Below are positions 54,418 to 64,000 of a stretch of 64,000 nt of DNA, in pieces (the stretch's first letter is position 1; every line of letters starts with the position of its first letter). This DNA comes from Mizuhopecten yessoensis (lineage: Eukaryota): positions 218,477-282,476 of the forward strand of contig NW_018405922.1 of NCBI RefSeq assembly GCF_002113885.1. The letters are read 5' to 3'. Below the pieces are notes generated by a model. It saw nothing but the letters and a program-made list of their open reading frames with translations, did no database searches and had not been told where the DNA came from. The position numbers were made by a program, and so were the translations under genes.

Positions 54418-54498
54418 GTAATTCTTTCTCATCGTCCGTGCTAACAACGATACCGGCAACAACTCCGACTCCAAAAACCCAGGCTCCCATAACTAACA
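54418..54498 (+). CDS. Exon 9, Ser/Thr/Pro linker (CNSFSSSVLTTIPATTPTPKTQAPITN)
   Basis: catttacattttaccag acceptor, A|gtaaat donor, phase 1-1; mucin-like composition. Confidence 0.75.
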
Positions 54499-55070
54499 GT
54501 AAATATACAAATAAATGTATTTGTTTCATGAATAATTCCACATTTTTGATTCTCATATTATCTATTTGCTGAAGAAAAAAGGTTCAATAGAGTAAACGTT
54601 TATATATGAATATATATATCATTAACCAATATATGGTTTAAAGTGTCTTGTTTAAAATAAGAGAATGGCAATCGAATGTATGAAAAGTCGTCTCAATATT
54701 GTCTAATATTTCAAAGAGTGGCATTCTTTCAGTCTTTTCCTTTCTATTTTTTCGCTCTTCGAACTCGCATCCGCAAAGAAGCCTTCATCTATGAATAATG
54801 AAAATAATGTGTTTGCAATGATGATTTCAAAAGCAGTTTTGGAGAATATGTTTGAATCCAACTTGATGTCAAATATAATTACTGTTGTCTTCCAAAAATG
54901 CTTCTTCTAATTAAGTAAAATGTGAAATTTTTGTAACATAAGGATGTAAGATCGTCAATGTCTGCTTTATATCATTTCTATCATACTTTGTAATTTGTTT
55001 GACATTCATAAACTAGTTTTCGACATACACTCTGTCATGAAATACATCCTTTTGTATTTTTTTTTGACAG

Positions 55071-56314
55071 GTTTCAAAGGAAAATCGTTTTTCTTGATGT
55101 TCATTAGAAATCATGAATATGTCTACATTGCACAACACCTAAGTGTAAACGTAACATTCTTAGCTACTCATGCTAATATAGAAGTGATCACACGATATAA
55201 CGCAACATCACAACCTGTTTCTGGTCCAGCAAAATATATTGAAATAGACGCAAACATGACCATGCGAGAAAACGGCAAAACAAGCAAAGGGCTCATTCTG
55301 ACGTCTGACACACTAATGTCTGTCACTGCATTTAACAGTCTTGCAGGTGGAACAGCGGATGGATACCTTGCCTTACCTATGGAGAGTCTTGGTGTCTTCT
55401 ATATCGTGGGGACATTCAGACCTAATACAAAGAGTTATAGCATCTATGGAACTTCATTTGCTGTAGGAGCGCCGTACGACAACACATTGATCAATATCAC
55501 ACTCAGTACATCAGGTGTGACTGTTCCTGGCCAATATCACAAGGTGGGAGATAAAATCACCGTCATACTGGACAAATTGGACACGTTCTATATAGAAACA
55601 ACAACGAGTTACCAGGACCTGACAGGCACGCGTATCGTTAGCGATAAGCCAGTAGCGGTCGTGTCCGGTAATGTCTGTTCTAACAGAGAAGGGTGTAACC
55701 ATCTCATTGAGTATCTACCTCCCGTGTCAAAATGGGGTTCCAGGTTCATTGTACCACCTTTTATGAGAAGTACCAGTGGTATTATCAGGATTGTCTCGTC
55801 GGTAAACAATACGAGTGTTGTTGTCGCTTCTAAAACCTCGATTAAAACATATACTATATCAACCTTCATTAATATAGATACAGATCCAACTCAACCGTAC
55901 CGCATTTCTAGTGAAAGACCTGTTCTTGTCCTACTATTTTTGAATGTAATCAAAGTTGGAATGTCAATTATTCCGTCAATAAACCAGTTTTCCAATGAAC
56001 CCGTGCTGGTTTCGCCTCCTCAAGTTTCCTACTTCCAAAACACTCCATTCGAAAACTTTATCGTTGTCAGTATCCGGACAAGCGACCAGTCCGGCTTACA
56101 GCTTCTCTCCACTAAAGGGACGGACTTGACTCGCATTGGATCAGTGACATTTCCTGGCATTGACGGCGAGATGTTTAGCTTCATATCTGTCAACTGCAAC
56201 AACAAACAAACATGTTCTGTTCAACATAGCGACAACAACGTGGTGTTCAGTGTTATAACATATGGGTTTACAAGGGCTGAAACGTATGCATATCCTGCAA
56301 ATCTCAGTTTGTAA
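55071..56314 (+). CDS. Exon 10, IgGFc-binding protein N-terminal-type domain
   Basis: GKSFFLMF, KGLILTSD, DGYLALPMESLG, DLTGTRIVSDKPVAVVSGN, HLIEYLPPVSKWG and YGFTRAETYAYPA match the FCGBP N-terminal (IgGFc_binding) family pattern; strong acceptor ttttttttgacag. Confidence 0.92.
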
Positions 56315-57399
56315 CCTCGATCGTAAAAATTAAATAATTTTCAGACAATTTATCGTGTATAATTATCTTTTTCGATAACTGAAGTAACCATGATACAGAG
56401 AAGATAGTGCAGTGATAACGGTGAGGAATTATGTTTATCGATACAGTTGTTCAGTAGATATTAGTCTTAAACGCCTCGAAAATACCTCAATCGATATAGA
56501 ACCAATCTGAAGCTAAGTTTTTCTTTAGTATTAAATCTCGCTTTTGTCGTTTTCATGGGGTAATTAATTGAGTTCGGCTACAAACAAATAATGTCTTTTG
56601 GTCTCTAATAACTACCAACGTAAGATCCAATCCATTTATTTTAATTATACCATTTGTAAATACCTTGAACTTTTGCAAATCTATCATTTGGCATTTGATA
56701 TACCGGAGTGGAAGTCTACGTGTAAACGGGACGTTTGATATAGATCTGTATTACATGTCCGTTGTCATGAACCATTTCGGCAATTAATCACCCCGAATAA
56801 AACATTTGCATAGCCCAAAATCGTAAATAAATATTTTAAATAAAATATTATCCCATTTATCACCTTTGGACCTTTATCATTTTATCCAGCTTCAGCATTA
56901 TCTTCACGCTTCAGGTTTCCAGGTATATTAAACTTTTGGTCATTGTTCGCACACACACAGTGTCATTGGTCAACGATGCGGCCAATGTAAGTTCTGACTT
57001 CGGCTTACGGTAGTCAAATGGCCTATTGCTTTCAAATATTAGTTATGACCTATTATAGTTTTCATTTGTTTCTGTGTTTTTTCTGTCTCTCGATAAAGGA
57101 GCGGATTACTTTAATAATTTTACAACCTCATATTGGTCTACACTTTCTTGCCCCATATATCAATTTTAAGTATTTCGTATCCTACAAACATACGTTTTAA
57201 AGGACCCGGTGTCATTTGGGAAGTTACCGTTTATATTACCTCTTTGATCCATACAATTGTATAATTGTTTTATTAATTTGTGCAACTTGAGTAGAAATTT
57301 AAATATATGTACAGGTTATTCAGTATTACAATGCAACCTTTGATGTAAATAATTAAGTCCACAATTCATAGAATCCTGAGTGATTAGGTACAAAGGTTC

Positions 57400-57725
57400 G
57401 TTAGTTTGTTTGTGTTTTACGTCCTATTAACAGCTATGGCTATTTATGAACGTGCCAGGTTTTGTCAGTGGAGTGCCTAGAGGTTACAAAAACTTCAAAC
57501 GAGTACCCTTGGTAGATCGAGAATTATTTCAAGAGGTATGCTTCCACAATTTAGCGTTGTCTATAAACAGCTATCTGATCGACCTTCTCCTGTATTATAC
57601 TGACACGGGCTAACCATTGATCACAGTCACCTATATAAAGTTGACCGTCAAACAAAAGACAGTAAGTACAAAAGTTAACGACTTTTGTTTGTCTCAGTAA
57701 GGGGACAGAATCCCCAATCGTCTTC
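57400..57725 (-). mobile_element. Degenerate SINE family B-related copy
   Basis: tttacgtcctattaacagcta tail, attatactgaca core, ggggacagaatccc. Confidence 0.55.
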
Positions 57726-58389
57726 GCTTGTCCACATTATGAGGATACGACGTTTCACCTTGTGTTCTTATAACTTTCACACAGATGATACATTCAAACC
57801 GCTAGTGTAAAGAGGTTTTAAAAAGATTTTTTTATATTCTTTGTAAAGCTTCAAATATAAATTTTGCAATCAGACAATCGTTCTTGTTGAGGTTCAGCAA
57901 CAAATAAATATATACTTGGATCATTACAGACATTAATCAAAATATAAATAATTAACGCTATAGAAAACATTTGGAAACAATTGTCTACAATACGATAAGT
58001 GTGATATTTGTTTTAATTTTTTTAAACGATTCTTCTGTTTGAACAGAAGGTTGTTGTTTTAATTAATCTCGAACCCTTAAGAAAGATTTATAATATGATA
58101 TTTGACTCAATGCAACCGTGCAGCTATATCATAATTTTGATCCAAGTTTTTGGTGTGATATTTATATTTCAAAATTCTGAACACGTGTACTGTTGCGTAT
58201 TTCTGAGCGAACATCAGCTATATAGCTAGTCATGACAATTATAACAAAAATTGACAACTCTGAGGCAGTAAAGATACTCATATAATATAATGTATAAGAA
58301 AAGGATAGTAAGTGAAAACCACAGTTCTAAAATATGCAATTCGACCCATAATGAATATATTTTAATAAGAGCGTAGCTCTCGGGCGCCG

Positions 58390-58506
58390 AAGGCAACGTG
58401 TAGCAAGGGGAAGCAACTCTGTTTACGCACGCATGTGTTACCATTGATAAGAGCCGCACACATGCGTGCGTAAACAGATTTGCTTCCCCTTGCTACATGT
58501 TGCCTT
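58390..58506. repeat. Inverted repeat: 49-bp arms, 19-nt loop, 2 mismatches
   Basis: 58390-58438 pairs with 58458-58506. Confidence 0.9.
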
Positions 58507-59519
58507 AAATATTTTTCGTCCGGAAGTAGACGTCCAGTTGTGAAACCGGAATTGTATCTTTGAAGCAAAGACAATTGTGTTTCAACCAATACATGAACAT
58601 CTTCATAAAGTGAAAACAATCTTCATTTTTTATTACTTGTTTATTCAAATAAAAAACTAATACACATTCTAAATGAAAAAAGTCTATCACATAAAATGTG
58701 ATACTAACAGGCATGAAACTTCGTTCAGAGATTATCATACTATGACGTCACAAGCACGTCACACTCTATCGGCCTTCGTCGGTTATTTCCGGAAGGATGA
58801 CAAATAACCGGAAACTCTTTGAACTGATGTTCGGTGCATTTATCTCTTTGTTGGTGCTTCATGACTTTTTTTATTTCATTTTTTTCACAGGCACAAAAAG
58901 TAAAAATGTGGATATTTTCTGAAGATCCTTTTTGTCATCGACCAGGTCATGTTAGTATGTAAACCGGTAGACGTTTACATTTTGTTTTTATCATCAGCTT
59001 TTAATTTCAATTTGTTGAGAATATGAACGAGATTATTAACATTTGTGAAAGTCTGGTTATAGTCTTTACGTAATGTATGCATTACTGCATGTATGGCAAA
59101 TCAACTATAATTTTCCAGACAACCAACCCGAGCTCAAAGCCCTTTTATAGCAACGTATTACTTTTTCACAACGCGTGCAAATTTATAACTAATTACAGAC
59201 AGAAACTGTTTAATTTTCTTTTGCATCATTACCTGTTTAACCTCGGTGATAGTTACACAATTTGAAATTCAATCCACTGTTTCATGGTGGAACAGGAATT
59301 GAGACTAAATATCGATATAACGACAATCTCAGTTACATGAAAGTATTACAATGTTGTTATTTTTTTATTTATTTATTAACTGGCATATCTTTACATTTAC
59401 TTTTACTAGTCGTCAAATATGTAATCAGCACTTTTTTTCAATAGCAATGACCAATAAGTTTTTTTTCCAAACTGAACTCAATCATTCTTTTTGTGCCTTT
59501 ACGGAAGCACGCAGTGGAT

Positions 59520-59645
59520 TTAATTCTTAATGTAGGAGTGAGCTGGAGTATCAGGTGAAAACCCGCATGGTCTGGAAGGTTATCGGGATTGAATCCGGCC
59601 ATCTAGGTGAAGACGAGCGCACTATCCACTGCGCCACCCGACCCA
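59520..59645 (-). mobile_element. tRNA-derived SINE
   Basis: Reverse complement ggtcgggtggcgcagtggatagtgcgctcg...ggattcaatccc (A and B boxes), followed by a gggttttcacctgatactccagc body. Confidence 0.65.
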
Positions 59646-60820
59646 TCATATACGTTACACACAAGAACAAATACCTACTTAAGCTTTGAGTGGAAGAAAA
59701 TGGCGGCATTGATGCAAACATTATATAGTGAATACATTTATATCAATCATAAATGTTACAAAAAGATTATATACGGGAGACCCCTGATAATTTTGTTATT
59801 GAGATAATATTTACAACTTTATGGATCTTAGCAGTTTAGTTGGCTGGGCATTCACACGAAAGGCTAGAAAGAAAATCATGATCTCGCTTCTAGTTATGCG
59901 AATTTTCTGTCAACGGAATTGCAACTTTTTACGGTCAAACGTGTAACACACTGACAGCTTCAAATGATACACATAATAGCCAAGACAAGCACTCATTACC
60001 ATATTGCTGTACGATACTTGCCCAGGTCTCCCCTATTGTTATGTCGGTCTTAATCTCATTAGAGCGTGTTTTATTGTCATTTCTCGACTTGACGACTTAA
60101 CATAAAGTGTATCTTATCTGAAAATCTCATTCTGAAAGCAGTATTCTGAATCGAAATATAAGAGACCAACAAAAGCTACGCCCTTTTAAGGCTTTGATTT
60201 TTCATATTAACAGGATGCTCAGAAATAGAGACATTTCCCACTGATATGTTTTACTCTAAAGCTAAATAGGCACGCGTTATGTTTCCAGCGTGCTGAACAT
60301 GTCCGAGCATATGTTTATCATTGAAGCCATGTGTAGACATACTGTTTAATAGTATGGAAACTTTATTAACATACATGCCTGGAAAAATCTCTCGCTCTCC
60401 CCCGAAGACGTATTTATACAAAGTACATGAATTGCCAAAGTTTGTCACAATAATACCAAAAGCGGAGAAATGGCGCAAACATCAAAGAAATAAATCGAAT
60501 GTTGTAATATCAAAGGTTAGGACGTTACCTAGTTTCAGATTAGTTTTAATACAATGGAAAAGTATTGTTTTGTGTATGTAAACAAGTAATTTTGAACCTA
60601 ACGACTACAAAGTATGCCTAATATACTCAAAATAAATCATCGTTTTTTCCAAGAAGATACTTTCACAATGAAGTGTTTTAAGCTATTCACCGAATAAATA
60701 CAATGATGTGTGTTAAAAATAGTTCAAGTGGAAGCTAGTTTGTGAAAAAAATCTACAGAAGCATTTCCATAAAATCATATGTAAAACCCGTAAGGGTTTC
60801 GGTTTCTTAAATTTCCATAG

Positions 60821-62895
60821 CCTAAGTAGTAAGTCGTGATTATATTTACATTCAATATTAACATATGTCAGATTAATTAAAAGTTTCATTTATTTTTTTT
60901 ATATTGGTTTGGTACATCAGTGTTGTATACTACTTATTGTGGTGTATCAGTGGTGTATAATACCTATTTTTACACATCAGTCCAGTGTTATACTTGTGAC
61001 AAATCAGTGCACTTCAATATTGGTTTGGTACATCAGTGTTGTGTAATACTTTTTTTGACAAATCTGTGCTTTGTGTAAGGTGCAGGCGGTCACTTATCCA
61101 ACTATTGACCATGCTCGACGTTGCTTACCTAGTGAGCGGGTCCCCGGGTTATACCGCATCACTAGAAAAGCTAGCTAGACTTTATCACTATAACTCAGTT
61201 TCACATACGATCTCGTTGACGTAGTGTTCTGTAGAAGACAAGTGTGTTTGTATAGTGTTGTTTACGATGTAACATTTACACGTTTACAATGAAATCAATA
61301 GTTATTAGGAATAACATTGCATATCATATGCTGCAAACGTGGACATTTTGAAGGTGTGGAAATATTCACGTTTTCCGCGTGGATTTAATTAAAGCACGCG
61401 AATATAGGTTTAAAGAATACGTATTATAGATTTCAGAAAGTGAAAAATATTTCAGAAAGCTAATATAAATATAGAGATTTCAGAGAAGTCTTCAAGCGAA
61501 TATTACCACACGCGAGAAATTCCACTTTTTCAGTATATAACAGAATCACTGTGTCAAATTTATTACACATTGTACTGTGGATTCATGATGATGTTATTAT
61601 GTTTGTTCAGAAATAAAAGATTTTAAAATAAACACTGTTATTTTGTTTGTTTGTGCTTCACGTCTTATTAACATAGAATTATAATCATAGGATGAATTGC
61701 CCCCTGCACGAAATTTGAAATGAATACTTCATAATCTAATATGCTCCAAAATCAAATATGTCGGAAATCCCATAGAAATAGGTCAGCGCAATGCAGAGAC
61801 ATAAATTTGTAAATTTTATGCTTTTATACACTGTTCACATGTCCTTATATTACTAATAAGGATTGATCGTAAATTCCGGTGAATGAGACGTTTGTTTGCC
61901 AGTTACGTCACAAGTTCAACTACTGTAGCAGCCACCATGGAAAGATTAGACGAGAGCGAGAATGGATATAGATTGCCAGATTGCGAATGAACATGAGCTT
62001 TGAGAAAGCAGACCATATTTAAAATGGCATCATGTAAATGGCATCCAGGAATATCAAATTTCTCAGAACTGTCAGACAATGTGTTGAATGGAAACTAAAG
62101 GTAAGGTTTGCGCTCTTCCTCGATTTTTATCATTATAATAATGTAGTAATGTGTCATATTTATTTGTTCATTGGGGGAACCTCTATCATTTCATGGAATA
62201 TTTAAGAAAATCACCAGTACCCTTTTTTTCATGGTAAATGGTAGAAAAAAATATTTTTACAACAAATTATATCAGAAGATATTTTGGTTGTTTTATCATA
62301 ATGTATTTATTTAAATATTTTTAATGAAAAAAATATGTAAGCATCAAAACTATTTTTTTTTAAGAAAATTGTACAAATGATTTTGATCTAAACAATATCT
62401 ATAAAATTTGCTTGAAAAGTTAAGAAAAAATCACGAAAACACAAGATTTGAACATTTCATTGCCAAAATAGAGACGTTGCCATGGCAAAAAAACGATGAA
62501 AATGTCCTGTTTCCAGGTCCAACGATTCAAGAAATATTGAGAACTCATAGATTTTAATATTTCCATTATATTAAAATTCAAAAAAAAAAATATGTCCCCG
62601 ATCTCGTTTCCATGGAAACGGATGCTATATTGACCCCTCTTAAGGTATTCCATGTATAATGAAGTCGGCAAACATCTGGAAACTTCGTAATGTGGGAATT
62701 CTCCCTAATCATGACGTCATTTTCGGTATGAGTTACCGCGGCTTGTTCTCGTTTCCCCCACTTTTTAAAATAACATGGGGGGGGGGGGGGGGGGGGGGGG
62801 AGGGGAAGAATGTTGTTAGAAGGATTATAGTCTGTTTCTAAGTAGTATGGGAAGTATATATTTACCTGTGTTTTTAACTGTGTTTTTACCTGTGG
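60821..62895 (+). repeat. Segmental duplication, copy 2 (short form)
   Basis: Same blocks in the same order and orientation, with the intervening segments absent. Confidence 0.85.
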
Positions 62896-63605
62896 TAAAC
62901 CCTTCTATCTAAGGTGGTGTTTTATCATATTTAATTTAATAATACATTATATAAGATGTTTTTTAGATTTGTAATGACAAGTGTTAAAATTTAAATTATT
63001 TAAATACTAATCATATATATAGATATAAATATATATATTCAGTATTAGATATATCCATTTTGTAGTCCTTGTGCTGCTGATATGATAAGATGAATATTAT
63101 ATTAATATAAATAGTTATTAAATAATCTTTATTATTGTAACATTTAATAAGATGCCTACATTACCTTGTACAAAATGGAAGAATGTAATGTGTGACTAAG
63201 AGTGTGGTGTTTAACAGTTAATTAATCAAAATTCCTAGATGTTATTAGTATCTTATAACTATCATTACGTGATAAGATGTTCGTCGATGGTATGTTGTAC
63301 ACGGGCGAGACGAGTTCTTAAAGGATGGAATCACGTGTTCAGCCTGCTCACCCATGAATGTAGAGGAAAGCAGGTCGAAGAGATCGCGCCAGCCGTCAAC
63401 TCCAAACGGAACAGGATCATCAACTTCCGGTTGTCCACCGTCACGTCGGGCTAGATACGCTGTTGGCCAGGATAGGCAAGGTTCTCATGCGGGTTGTGAT
63501 GAGGAACAGACCTACGCCAAAGCTGTTTCCGCATAGGGCTCTATATACGAGAGTGTTAAGTCATGTGCAAAGCTTCATGGTAAATTATCTCCTATGTACG
63601 ACTTA

Positions 63606-64000
63606 CAGGTCGGATTATTACAAGGAGAATCTTTATCTCCATGTTTTCTTTATTTGTCAACGACATGGAATCCGAATTGATTAAGTCAAATTGCTAAAGT
63701 TATCACTTGCAATTACTTAATTTGTTTTTAATTATGTATGCCGATGACACGGTATTTTTTTCTGAGGATGTAGTTGACCTACAAAATATGTTGGATTTTT
63801 TAATCACTTATTCTCAACGTTGGAATTTATCTGTAAATGTAGACAAAACAAAAATAGTTGTTTTTAGGAAAAGTAAACGATTGTATCCAAACGAGCAGTG
63901 GACTTTTGATGGTAAAGCTATAGAAGTGGTAGATCAATTTTGCTATTTAGGTTTGGTTTTTAATTATAATGGTAAATTTACCATTGCATTGAATAAAATT
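63606..64000 (+). mobile_element. 5'-truncated non-LTR retrotransposon (LINE) reverse-transcriptase relic, running off the window
   Basis: VGLLQGESLSP / frameshift / FSLFVNDM...C*...LIMYADDTVFFS...WNLSVNVDKTKIVVF...FCYLG; YADD at 63737-63748; one frameshift and one stop. Confidence 0.9.

Larger units (their letters stand above)
47870..56314 (+). other. Gene span: secreted protein with 2x 12-Cys Ly6/uPAR-like domains + Thr/Pro linker + IgGFc-binding N-terminal-type domain; 10 coding exons, 646 aa
   Basis: join(47870..47873,48253..48303,50256..50341,50921..50992,52114..52249,52810..52904,53501..53569,53845..53947,54418..54498,55071..56314)=1941 nt; all introns GT-AG, phases consistent, no internal stops. 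Confidence 0.8.

Noticed and set aside
54995-55070. Hydrophobic N-terminus MKYILLYFFLTG of the 439-aa ORF as its own signal peptide
   Set aside because: Coincides with the intron pyrimidine tract and a strong acceptor at 55070 that joins upstream exons in phase; a single-exon isoform is not strictly excluded.
63300-63545. GC-rich, coding-looking patch before the LINE relic
   Set aside because: No frame gave a recognisable motif; possibly a transposon or captured-exon fragment, but not assignable.

Overview
AT-rich, intron-containing animal genomic DNA. The repeat types and gene content suggest a bivalve mollusc, possibly a scallop (inference only). Two spliced + strand genes can be assembled by hand with consistent intron phases. 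(1) An ERG/FLI/FEV-class ETS transcription factor with coding exons 29103-29499, 37078-37143 and 38638-39341 (388 aa, no PNT domain visible). It has a candidate alternative internal promoter and first exon (TATA 32724, Inr 32755, ATG 32787-32826) giving a 269-aa isoform. (2) A 10-exon, 646-aa secreted protein (47870-56314): signal peptide, two 12-Cys Ly6/uPAR-like domains each with a KR site in a loop, a Thr/Pro linker, and an IgGFc-binding-protein N-terminal-type domain. The ORF track shows only its last exon intact. An ETS intron carries, on the - strand, a doubly frameshifted signal peptide plus three Cys-loop repeats (35636-35858). The remainder is SINEs, palindromic MITEs, minisatellites, a near-perfect 252-bp palindrome, Gypsy-integrase and LINE-RT relics, a 327-N gap, and a mosaic duplication (41.4-47.1 kb vs 60.8-62.9 kb) of the region upstream of gene 2. 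All calls were made by eye; no searches were run.
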